Assembly: GCA_032128115.1 (NCBI GenBank)
Contig: JAQBHB010000093.1
Location: 1 to 64,000 of the forward strand
Direction of reading: 5' to 3'
DNA length: 64,000 bases
DNA from: Deltaproteobacteria bacterium
GTDB taxonomy: Bacteria; Myxococcota_A; UBA9160; SMWR01
The notes beneath the pieces were generated by a model. That model did not search any database, was not told the origin of the DNA, and worked only from the letters and a program-made list of their open reading frames with translations. The stretch's first letter is position 1; each line of letters opens with the position of its first letter. Below, piece after piece: positions 1-11,200 of the stretch. The position numbers were made by a program, and so were the translations under genes.

Positions 1-60
1 TCTCGGAAACTCGCGACGCTCGAGCTCTGGCTCGACAACCTTGGGAAGGACAGAACATGA
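1..60 (+). CDS. 3' end of an upstream CDS (partial)
   Basis: Frame 1 reads [19 protein letters not shown]; its TGA overlaps the next ATG (ATGA at 57-60), suggesting translational coupling. Confidence 0.6.
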   Translation, partial: SRKLATLELWLDNLGKDRT

Positions 61-431
61 GCTTCTCGACCGCACTCGGCGAGATCGTGCGCGGCTGCGG
101 TGGAGGCATCGGCGCCCTCTTGATTGGCAGCGACGGAGTCCCTGTCGACCAGGTCATCGCCGCGCCTGCTCCCGAGGGGCCCCTGTCGGAGGACTTTTCC
201 ACCGCCGGTGTCGAATTCGGACGGATCCTGGACGAGATTCGCAAGGCCGGAGACTCCCTCGCCGGCGGGGCCGTGCACGAGACGGTGGTAGTGCTATCGC
301 GCTTCACCCTACTATTCCGACCGGTCGACGACGACCTGGTTCTGGTGCTGGTGCTCTCGCCCGATGGCAACCTGGGCAAGGCGCGCTATCTCATGCGCCG
401 GGGCCTGGCGGTCATTCGCCAGCAGCTGTAG
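57..431 (+). CDS. mglC: Roadblock/LC7 domain protein, MglC-like
   Basis: 124 aa roadblock pattern (MSF..L..IV...[10 protein letters not shown]...; C-terminal DGNLGKARY) resembling Myxococcus MglC as recalled; synteny with sgmX-like and ExeA genes. Confidence 0.75.
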   Translation: MSFSTALGEIVRGCGGGIGALLIGSDGVPVDQVIAAPAPEGPLSEDFSTAGVEFGRILDEIRKAGDSLAGGAVHETVVVLSRFTLLFRPVDDDLVLVLVLSPDGNLGKARYLMRRGLAVIRQQL

Positions 432-460
432 CAGGCCGCAGCGCGAATTCCGTAGTTGGG

Positions 461-506
461 CCGTCGGGGACACCTTCAGGGATACCGTCGGGGACACCTT
501 CAGGGA
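461..506. repeat. Tandem duplication, 24-bp period (ccgtcggggacaccttcaggga x2; internal 12-bp periodicity)
   Basis: Copies at 461-482 and 485-506, just upstream of the aroQ RBS. Confidence 0.9.
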
Positions 507-517
507 GGAGGAGCGTC

Positions 518-964
518 GTGACCGATCAGCGTCGCATCCTGGTGGTTCACGGGCCCAATCTGAATCTGCTGGGCACCCGAGAACCCGAGGTCTACGGCAC
601 GATCACCCTGGACGAGATCAACGCCGACCTGACGACCGAGGCGAAGCAGTGGAACGCCGAGGTCGAGTTCTTCCAGTCGAACCACGAGGGGGCCCTGCTC
701 GATCGGATCCAGGAAGCGCGCTCGTGGGCCGATGGGATCCTGATCAATCCGGGAGGCTTGACCCACTCGAGCATCGCTCTTCGGGACGCCCTGGTGGCCA
801 CGGGCCTGCCCATCGTCGAGGTGCACCTCTCGAACATCTTCGCCCGCGAGGAGTTCCGCCGGCACTCCTATGTCTCAGGGATCGCCGTGGGCGTGATGTC
901 GGGCTTCGGAGCGTCGAGCTACCGACTGGGCCTCCACGCGCTCCTGGACCACCTCGAGGATTAG
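518..964 (+). CDS. aroQ: Type II 3-dehydroquinate dehydratase
   Basis: [53 protein letters not shown] motifs; GTG start after GGAGGAG. Confidence 0.95.
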   Translation: MTDQRRILVVHGPNLNLLGTREPEVYGTITLDEINADLTTEAKQWNAEVEFFQSNHEGALLDRIQEARSWADGILINPGGLTHSSIALRDALVATGLPIVEVHLSNIFAREEFRRHSYVSGIAVGVMSGFGASSYRLGLHALLDHLED

Positions 965-969
965 CCTCC

Positions 970-1746
970 CTGGACCCGTGGCGGTTGTTGCTGGACGGGC
1001 GGTCGCCTGGACCCTGGAACATGGGGGTGGACGAGGCGCTGTTGGCATCGCTGGCCCGTGGGGGTGGCGCGACGCTGCGCTTCTACACCTGGGCGGGGCC
1101 CTGGCTCTCCCTGGGCTACGGCCAATCTGTTTCAGACGAGCGCGCCGCCGCCTGCCGGAGTGCCGGGGTGGGCATCGTGCGCCGGTCGACGGGCGGGCGG
1201 GCCGTGTTGCACGGGGCGGACCTGACCTATGCGCTGGTGGCCCCAGAGGGGCTGCTGCCGCCCAGTCTCCAGGCTTCCTACGCGCTCGTGACCGATGCCC
1301 TGCTCGAGGCCCTGGGGGCTCTGGGGGTCCCGGTGGAGCGCTCCCAGCCCGGATCGACGGCGTTTGCGGGCTTCGATTGCTTCGCGGTACCTGCGCGGGA
1401 CGAGATCTGCGCGGGCGGCCGCAAGCTGGCAGGGAGCGCCCAACGGCGCGCTGGCGGCGGCGTGCTGCAGCACGGTTCCATCCGCCTTGGACCCGACCCC
1501 GGCCCGGCCTGCGAATCCAGCGGGATGAATGTGGCAGGCGCCACCAGCCTGACCGAACTCGGGCACCCTCTCGAGGAGTCCCAGGTCCGTGGCGCCTGTA
1601 TCCGGGCCCTCGAAGCCGCTCTGGGGGTCCGATTTGAGCGGGGTGTTCTAGCCCCATCCGAGAGCCGCCAGGCCGCTCACCGCGGCTCCGGAGTCCCCAC
1701 GGGGGGCCTCAAGAGGCTTCAACGCCGACCGATAACTATGAGTTGA
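970..1746 (+). CDS. Lipoate-protein ligase A / octanoyltransferase (LplA/LipM family); start uncertain
   Basis: WRLL..G...G.WNMGVDEALL, LRFYTW, SLGYGQ, VRRSTGGRAVLH, GRKLAGSAQRR, LQHGSI motifs. Confidence 0.85.
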   Translation: MDPWRLLLDGRSPGPWNMGVDEALLASLARGGGATLRFYTWAGPWLSLGYGQSVSDERAAACRSAGVGIVRRSTGGRAVLHGADLTYALVAPEGLLPPSLQASYALVTDALLEALGALGVPVERSQPGSTAFAGFDCFAVPARDEICAGGRKLAGSAQRRAGGGVLQHGSIRLGPDPGPACESSGMNVAGATSLTELGHPLEESQVRGACIRALEAALGVRFERGVLAPSESRQAAHRGSGVPTGGLKRLQRRPITMS

Positions 1747-1797
1747 GGGGAACTTCCCCACCAAACTGCGTATCCCTGAGGGGGCGAGGCAGCCTGG

Positions 1798-5007
<3,210 letters not shown>

Positions 5008-5016
5008 GGAATCGAA

Positions 5017-6048
5017 ATGAAACATCTCCATCACTTCGGGTTGACCGACGACCCGTTTCGCAATGAGCCGCGCCTCGAGTTCTTCTTCGAGTCACAGCAG
5101 CATCAGGACGCGTTGCGGCGCATCGAGCGAGGGGTGCGCCAGCACAAGGGCCTGAGCCTTCTGATTGGCGCCCCGGGCTGCGGGAAGACGATGGTGGTGC
5201 GCCAGCTGCACGAACGCCTGGAGGAAGAGGTCTTCGAATCGATCGTGATGGTCGTGCTGAAGGAGGAAGCCGACGCCACCTGGATGCTGACCCGGCTGGC
5301 TGCGCAGCTGGGCGTGGAGGACGCGGGTGGCGAGCGGGACTCCCTGCTGGCCATGGTGTACGAGAAACTTGCCATCATCCGCGAAGACGGGCGTCACACC
5401 GTCCTGATCATCGATGACGCCCAGGGGCTGGCTTCCCGACGGACGCTCACCGAGGTTTGCGGGTTGCTCAAGCTCGAGTACGAGGACCGTCCGCTTCTCT
5501 CCCTGGTGTTGGCGGGAGTGCCGGCCCTGGAGGAGGCCCTGTCCAGCGATCCGATCCTGGCGCGCCGGGCCGACGTCAAGGTGCGGATCGCCGGGCTCGA
5601 CCCCCAGAGCTCGACCTTCTACCTGGCCCATCGCATCCAGCTGGCCGGAGGAAACTCGGTGATCCTCGATTCGAGCGCGGTCAAGGCGCTTCACGAGTAC
5701 GGAGGCGGACTCCCGGGGGTCATGAACACCCTGGCCGACAATGCCCTGTTCGAAGCCTTCCTGTGCGGTCGCTCCCAGGTGACGGGAACCGACGTGGAGC
5801 GCGTATTCGCCGACCTGGGTTGGGGACAGTCGGCGTCGGCGAAATCGGCGGGGTCCGCCTCAGGCGCCGCGATGCCGCTGGGCGTGATCGGCCAGACCGC
5901 CTATCCCGACTACAACGAGGTGCTGGATTCGGGGGCCACGCTCCCCATGCCCTCGCACACGCCCCGGCCCCAGAACGTGATGGGGGGCTTCGTGGTCGTC
6001 GACCAGGAGGAAGACGAAGATCTGGTCGTGGAACTGCTGAACGACTGA
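5017..6048 (+). CDS. ExeA/GspA-family AAA+ ATPase
   Basis: HFGL..DPF N-terminus, Walker A GAPGCGKT, Walker B LIIDDAQ, YLAHRIQLAG and GG.P..MN.LADNAL motifs. Confidence 0.9.
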   Translation: MKHLHHFGLTDDPFRNEPRLEFFFESQQHQDALRRIERGVRQHKGLSLLIGAPGCGKTMVVRQLHERLEEEVFESIVMVVLKEEADATWMLTRLAAQLGVEDAGGERDSLLAMVYEKLAIIREDGRHTVLIIDDAQGLASRRTLTEVCGLLKLEYEDRPLLSLVLAGVPALEEALSSDPILARRADVKVRIAGLDPQSSTFYLAHRIQLAGGNSVILDSSAVKALHEYGGGLPGVMNTLADNALFEAFLCGRSQVTGTDVERVFADLGWGQSASAKSAGSASGAAMPLGVIGQTAYPDYNEVLDSGATLPMPSHTPRPQNVMGGFVVVDQEEDEDLVVELLND

Positions 6049-6120
6049 CGCGATTGGCCATCCCCGGCGGTCCTGTCTTCGCTTGCCCCCGGCACCTCGC
6101 CATGCCAGTCTATGCGTAAC

Positions 6121-6195
6121 GCGGGAATAGCTCAGTGGTAGAGCATCAGCTTCCCAAGCTGAGGGTCGCGGGTTCGAGCCCCGTTTCCCGCTCCA
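6121..6195 (+). tRNA. tRNA-Gly (anticodon CCC)
   Basis: GCGGGAA/TTCCCGC acceptor stem, TAGCTCAGTGGTAGAGC D arm, TCAGC-TTCCCAA-GCTGA anticodon arm, GGTTCGAGCC T loop, encoded CCA. Confidence 0.98.
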
Positions 6196-6215
6196 AAAAC
6201 AGCGCCCAAGCGGTC

Positions 6216-6256
6216 AACGGAAGTGCAATCGGGCCTCAGCCCGATTGCCACCCGTT
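6216..6256 (+). terminator. Stem-loop downstream of the tRNA, possible terminator
   Basis: gcaatcgggc-ctca-gcccgattgc core stem (6225-6248), extended by aacgg/ccgtt and followed by a pyrimidine run. Confidence 0.45.
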
Positions 6257-6350
6257 CTCTTCAACAGCGCCAACTGGATTTAAATCCAGTTCCCCAGACG
6301 ATACGCCCCACCGAAGGGGCGTGTCGGAGTGTGGACTGAGAGAGCGCCGT

Positions 6351-6454
6351 TCAGGCGCGCTTGCTTTTTCGTCTCACCCGACGGCGGGCTGCGTAGCCGC
6401 TGAGGGCGAGCAGGCCCAGGCCCGTGAGGGGGGGGTGGAGGGTTCGGGGACGAC
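6351..6454 (-). pseudogene. PEP-CTERM sorting-signal relic (frameshifted)
   Basis: Minus strand reads VVPEPST, then after a shift at the G8 run (6428-6435) LTGLGLLALSGYAARRRVRRKSKRA*: PEP motif, TM helix and basic tail. Confidence 0.65.
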
Positions 6455-6569
6455 TGCGAGACCCGAAGGTCGTGACCTCTTCGATGTTGACCGGAGGAGT
6501 GATGTAGTGGAACAATGACAAGGACTTACGAGACACCCACACCACTTTCCCCTTCCCTCGATTCGCACC

Positions 6570-8171
6570 ATGTCGAGCATCCGATCCGACAGCGCCCGAT
6601 ACGACGACGGAGAAGAGGTCCGCTGCCGTACCTGTAGCAAGACCTTTGAAGGAAAGACCTCCGACCATCAGCGAACCGTGTCGGCCCGCGATGCGGTGCG
6701 AATCGGGTGGCTGGCGTTCGCTCTGTTCGCAGCGAGCCTCGCGCTGCGGATGGTCTATCTGAACGACGGCCTCTTCCACTTCGACTCCGTGATGATGGTC
6801 GAGAACGTGGAGAAAACCGCTGCGACGGGACAGTTCCACAGCTGGTTCCGGAGCGGCGCCGAGATCGTCAACCTGATCCTCTACCTGCCGCTGCACGCCA
6901 TCATTGGGCTGGAGAAGGCCGACTACACAGCGCGGCTCACAAATGCGATATTCGGATCGCTCTCGGTTTCCGTGCTCTTCCTGATGACCTACCTCCTGCT
7001 CGACCGCATCTTTGCTGGTCTGTCCGCCGCGATCCTTTTCTCGGTCAGCCCACTCTTCCTGTCGGTCACTACGATTGCGAAGGTCCACGGCGTAGAGACG
7101 TTCTTCGTGTTGACCGCGATCTACCTCGTCTTCCGATTCCATAGGACGCGGAGCAGGGTCGCACTGGCGTTCTCGGCAGCCAGTATGGGCTTCGCTCCGT
7201 GGGTGCGAGAGTCGGCGCTTCTCTTCGTGCCGATCTACGTCCTCGCCTACCTCAGGCCAGAACTGTACGTAGCGAGACGTTTCCTCCGGGTCCCGGCGTG
7301 CGCGTTGTTGCCGGCAAATCTCGCTTGCATCTTGGTGCCGCTCTTGCTTGTGCTTGGGCTGGGCCTGTACGTCGACATCTTCGATCGCTTCTACCAGCAA
7401 GTGCTGAACCCCGTGGACTTTAACAGCGCGCAGTTCATCGGCTTCTTCTCGCCCATTCTCCCGATCGCCCTTCGTGACGCGGCGACCAATTTTGGCCTCC
7501 CGATCGCGGTCCTGGGAGCGAGCGGCATCGGCCTGCTGCTGGTGGAGGACCGGGACAAGTTCCTGCCCGTCTTCTTGGTCGCTTGGCTCTCGACGGTCTT
7601 CTACTTCGGAAATGTGCCTAGCTACGGAGCGAGATATCTGACTGTTGCGTCGATTCCGGTGTACGTTTTTGTTGGCGTCTCACTGTCGGCGCTGAGCAGT
7701 CTGTCGAATCGACTGGCCCGGCCAGGAGCCAGCGTCGTGCTCGCGCTCGTCTCGGCTCTGTCGTTCAGCTCGGTGTACCCGCTGCTGGAGTACCGCTCGC
7801 GGGTATCCGGCCCCAAGGACTACGCCCTGTGGCTCAAGGAGCAGGTGCCACCGGACGCCCTCATCATCGTGATGGATGACTCGGTCTTCGTGAGGTACTA
7901 CGCCGGTCTTCGCACCAAGTCCCCTCCGATCGGCGACGCTGAGGCGATGCAGGGATGGACCCGGGAGGTGGGCGAGATCCTCAAGAGTGGCACCCCCGTT
8001 TACCTGATCGGCACCGCCCGCGCCTACCACCCGCAGTTCCGCAAGACCCTGAGCAGCCACTTCGCACTCCAGAAGATCGCCTCGCGTCGCACGGAGGACT
8101 ACCATCGCGCGGAGCTTCGCTTCACGCTCTACGAGAGCCTGCTGATCCGAATCTTGCCGCGCCGGCCGTGA
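6570..8171 (+). CDS. GT-C fold membrane glycosyltransferase (ArnT/PMT, GT39-like)
   Basis: Polytopic membrane protein; LR...GLFHFDS first loop, ARLTNAIFG, AAILFSVSPLF, RYL motif; soluble C-terminal domain. Confidence 0.7.
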   Translation: MSSIRSDSARYDDGEEVRCRTCSKTFEGKTSDHQRTVSARDAVRIGWLAFALFAASLALRMVYLNDGLFHFDSVMMVENVEKTAATGQFHSWFRSGAEIVNLILYLPLHAIIGLEKADYTARLTNAIFGSLSVSVLFLMTYLLLDRIFAGLSAAILFSVSPLFLSVTTIAKVHGVETFFVLTAIYLVFRFHRTRSRVALAFSAASMGFAPWVRESALLFVPIYVLAYLRPELYVARRFLRVPACALLPANLACILVPLLLVLGLGLYVDIFDRFYQQVLNPVDFNSAQFIGFFSPILPIALRDAATNFGLPIAVLGASGIGLLLVEDRDKFLPVFLVAWLSTVFYFGNVPSYGARYLTVASIPVYVFVGVSLSALSSLSNRLARPGASVVLALVSALSFSSVYPLLEYRSRVSGPKDYALWLKEQVPPDALIIVMDDSVFVRYYAGLRTKSPPIGDAEAMQGWTREVGEILKSGTPVYLIGTARAYHPQFRKTLSSHFALQKIASRRTEDYHRAELRFTLYESLLIRILPRRP

Positions 8172-8375
8172 CGCATTTCCCCGCCCGGCGGGGCCCACGG
8201 CCCGGGCCGCGAGCCGGGAGGCTCCGTCGGGGGAGGGGGAGGGCCCCTATGGGGGGCTCGAAATTGGCGACGCATAGCGACGCGGCGACGGTCTCGGTGC
8301 AGCCTGGTGCCGCTCCTTGCAGCCTCCTGCAAGGCAGCAGGCGTAAGTAGGCGTTACTGCTTGCGCCCCTTGCGC

Positions 8376-8421
8376 CTTCCCAAGCTGAGGGTCGCGGGTT
8401 CGAGCCCCGTTTCCCGCTCCA
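8376..8421 (+). repeat. Exact 46-bp copy of the tRNA-Gly 3' end (attR-like)
   Basis: cttcccaagctgagggtcgcgggttcgagccccgtttcccgctcca, identical to 6150-6195. Confidence 0.95.
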
Positions 8422-8747
8422 AGAATTCTTTTCACCTTCCAATACTTCCAAGCGATTTCGCGAAGCCCCCTCACCACCATCCGGTGTCGTGTCAGAGTTG
8501 ACCTGACACCCAACTTGGGGCCGATCATTCTTCGGGCAAAAGGCGGCTGACCGTGGAGCTTGAGATCTCCTCGGGGTTGTCAGAACGAGGGTTATCGGAC
8601 CTCGATCGCCCGCTTCTTTGTCCTACCCGTGCGGTCACGCCTTGTAGCGGCGCCCGCGGGCCGCTCGTCCCAGCAGCCCGCCACCGAGGAGGAGGGCAGG
8701 GGAGGGTTCGGGAATCGCTGTGAGCGTCATGCGAGCGAGGGAGGGCG

Positions 8748-9413
8748 TCAATCGGATAGAAGCAGCGACGCCACAATGGCCACGACGAACAAGGCGCCGG
8801 CGGAGAGGATGCGGTAGCGCTGCTCAACGAGGCGAGCCATTTGTAGCCCGGCAGCCGAAACAGAATCGGCCACCAAGGAGAATCGTGTAGCAAGGATCAA
8901 TAGAGCGAGACAAATGCTCCAAATCGTCAGCAATTCGCTCCGCATCGCGTCGAATCCCACACGTGTGAACCATAAGCTCGGCGAGATGGGGGAGACACTG
9001 ATCGGACGGAAGGTGAAGAAGAGTCTCGTGTTGTCGAATGGAGCAAGCAACGCGATGCCCTCACCCCCGGATGTAGCCATGTCGAGTATCCCGTGGGTGG
9101 CAATGATCGCCGCAAAATAGAGCGACAACTTGACCCGAATTCCTCGAGCGGTCGTTGAGGTTCTGGCAAACCAAGCGGCCGCCAAGGCGCCAAGGATTGC
9201 TGCGGCAACCAGTGATTGGGAGAATCCGCGGTGACCGAAGAAGTGCTCGTACGGAATCCACCCCAGTTTGAGGAATACTCCATCCACATCGGGTACGAGG
9301 GGTAGGGCCACGGACAGACCAACGAATACTCGTCTGTCGCGGGGCGAGAACGATGGTCGATATAACTGGCTCGCTGTAAGTCCAACCAGGGCATGTGAGA
9401 AGACTGTAGGCAT
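8748..9413 (-). CDS. Inner-membrane metal-dependent hydrolase (YdjM family)
   Basis: MPT.FSHA, PDVD, HRGFSQS, HGILD..T.GG.G..LLAPFD..R.FF motifs. Confidence 0.85.
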   Translation of the reverse strand: MPTVFSHALVGLTASQLYRPSFSPRDRRVFVGLSVALPLVPDVDGVFLKLGWIPYEHFFGHRGFSQSLVAAAILGALAAAWFARTSTTARGIRVKLSLYFAAIIATHGILDMATSGGEGIALLAPFDNTRLFFTFRPISVSPISPSLWFTRVGFDAMRSELLTIWSICLALLILATRFSLVADSVSAAGLQMARLVEQRYRILSAGALFVVAIVASLLLSD

Positions 9414-9581
9414 CGGGGGAACTCTGGCGGTTGATTCTATATCGGATTCGATGTCAGGGGATGCGCAAGCGGATTATGGTCGAAGGTCGCACGCTAGCAA
9501 GGTCACTCCGACCAGGAGAAATACGCCCAGACGGGTAACGATGAGACGGCAACCCCGGAGAAGCGAGGCTACGGGGGGCCT

Positions 9582-9980
9582 TCACCTCGGTGCGACTTCT
9601 TGCTGTGTTGCGCCGCCGCTGGATGTGCCTTGGGCGTCGACCACAAACGGGCTTCCAGATAATGGGGGTCGCGATGCCGGGGCCGGCTTTGCGGCGGTCG
9701 CTGTAAGGCACTCGTATTCGACAATTCTAATGAGGCCGAGACCCAATAACGGCCCGGTTTTATTGCTGAGCTGCACCGCGCCGGCGGGTGCGCAGTGTTT
9801 GCGGGCTGCTTCTCGGGTCTCTGCGAGGCTGGAAGTAACTAGACCAACCTTATAGGTGACGTGCTGCGGTGAAGAAGACACCGGAACAAATCTGCTATTC
9901 AAGCCGACGAACTCGGAAGGCTCGCTCGCGCAGCCAACTCCCATCATCATCAAGAGAGAAAGCATCACTCCAAACTTCAC
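9582..9980 (-). CDS. Hypothetical lipoprotein
   Basis: GTG start, signal KFGVMLSLLMMMGVG-C; pattern A.KHC...YEC; TATAAT on the minus strand at 10077-10082. Confidence 0.55.
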   Translation of the reverse strand: MKFGVMLSLLMMMGVGCASEPSEFVGLNSRFVPVSSSPQHVTYKVGLVTSSLAETREAARKHCAPAGAVQLSNKTGPLLGLGLIRIVEYECLTATAAKPAPASRPPLSGSPFVVDAQGTSSGGATQQEVAPR

Positions 9981-10236
9981 CGTCCCACCCCTCACGGTTC
10001 TCGGAGGCCCGAGCCTCTTCGTGATCAAACCATCCCTGAGATGAGCCACCCGGCCTTTTCCAAGCCGTCAGGCGCCATTATACGCCCATCAGGGTCGCAC
10101 CTGATAGCCTGCAGGTGCCGCGTCGAGCGCCGCCAGGCTGGCAGACATCGCCAACGGCTGGTACCGGTTCCCTGGGCTTGCCACCGCTCTGCGCCGCTGC
10201 TTTCCGGTCACGAGAGCGTAGGTGGCGGGGTTTCCT

Positions 10237-10263
10237 CGGGTTCGAGCCCCGTTTCCCGCTCCA
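10237..10263 (+). repeat. Exact 27-bp copy of the tRNA-Gly 3' end (second attR-like)
   Basis: cgggttcgagccccgtttcccgctcca, identical to 6169-6195. Confidence 0.9.
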
Positions 10264-10316
10264 GGATTCTGGAGCCGCCTTTCGCTCCGCCATAAGGTCG
10301 CTGGGCCGCCTGGACG

Positions 10317-11108
10317 ATGAGTCCTGCGATGGCGGGGAAGAAGCTCAAGCTCGGCGATATGTTGATCGAGGCTGGACTGATCAATGAGTTCCAGCTGCGG
10401 AGCGCCCTCAGCGACCAGCGGCAGTGGAGACGCCCGCTCGGCGTCACCCTGGTCAGCCTTGGCATCGTGGAAGAGGCGGAGCTGACCCAGGTGCTGAGCC
10501 AGCAACTCGGCTGCGACGTCATCGATCTGGACGGCAAGATCGTCGCCCCCGATGTGGTCAAACTCGTCTCGTACGAACTCGCCACCCAGCATCACTGCCT
10601 GCCGCTCGCCGTGAAGACGGCCGGGCCGGTGAGCGAACTCTATCTCGGGATGTTCGATCCCACCGACCTGAATGTCATCGACAACGTGAGTTTCCGCACC
10701 GGCCTCCGGGTGCGCGCCGTGCTGGTGGGAGATCACCAGCTCTCGGAGGCGATCGACCGCAGCTATCGGAAGGGCGATGTCTACAACAGGCTGCACCAGA
10801 TCACTCCCGAAGACATTGCACCCGCCAATGCGATAGTCCCGGTCCGCTCCATGGTTGAGGAGCCTCCGGGAGGATTCGAGCCCCAAACCGAAGCGCCGCG
10901 GCCGCGAGACCCGGCTGCATTCGGCCGCGAATTCGACCTCCTGCTCACGGACGAAGCGCCCGCCGTCGTGGAAACCTCCTCGGTGCTGAATTCGACCGAC
11001 CCGGGGGTCATCCTGCACGCCCTGATCCAGCAACTGTCGGCGAAGGGCCTGATCGATCTGGACGAACTCCGGAACACGGTCGAAACCCTCGCGATCGACA
11101 AAGAGTAG
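10317..11108 (+). CDS. Standalone MshEN / GspE-PilB N-terminal domain protein (no ATPase domain)
   Basis: KLGDMLIEAGLINEFQLRSALSDQ...PLGVTLVSLGIVEEAEL tandem MshEN motif, then LYLGMFDPTDL..ID.V.FRTG; no Walker A. Confidence 0.85.
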   Translation: MSPAMAGKKLKLGDMLIEAGLINEFQLRSALSDQRQWRRPLGVTLVSLGIVEEAELTQVLSQQLGCDVIDLDGKIVAPDVVKLVSYELATQHHCLPLAVKTAGPVSELYLGMFDPTDLNVIDNVSFRTGLRVRAVLVGDHQLSEAIDRSYRKGDVYNRLHQITPEDIAPANAIVPVRSMVEEPPGGFEPQTEAPRPRDPAAFGREFDLLLTDEAPAVVETSSVLNSTDPGVILHALIQQLSAKGLIDLDELRNTVETLAIDKE

Positions 11109-11200
11109 AAGCGCCTCACAGAACCTCGCCCGGTTCCATCATTGCCAGCTCCTTCTCGGAGTTAGCGAGGCCCCGAGGTCTCGGTATCGTCTGCCACCGG

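Larger units (their letters stand above)
6150..10263. mobile_element. Tandem tRNA-Gly-targeted islets lacking an integrase
   Basis: Two segments (6196-8375, 8422-10236), each closed by a tRNA 3'-end direct repeat; the second looks less GC-rich than its flanks by eye. Confidence 0.7.

Noticed and set aside
6135..6518. ORFs overlapping the tRNA and its copy (6135-6518, 8307-8501, 8122-8451)
   Set aside because: The shared peptide LPKLRVAGSSPVSRSK is only translated tRNA sequence.
8341..8421. Second complete tRNA gene
   Set aside because: The 5' half (acceptor 5' strand and D arm) is missing; only anticodon loop to CCA is present.
6150..10263. CRISPR array interpretation of the recurring 27-46-bp repeat
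   Set aside because: The repeat is the tRNA 3' end, spacing is about 2 kb, and no cas genes are present.
10872..10883. ggattcgagccc resembling the tRNA T-arm
   Set aside because: Short match inside the MshEN coding sequence with no flanking similarity; likely chance.
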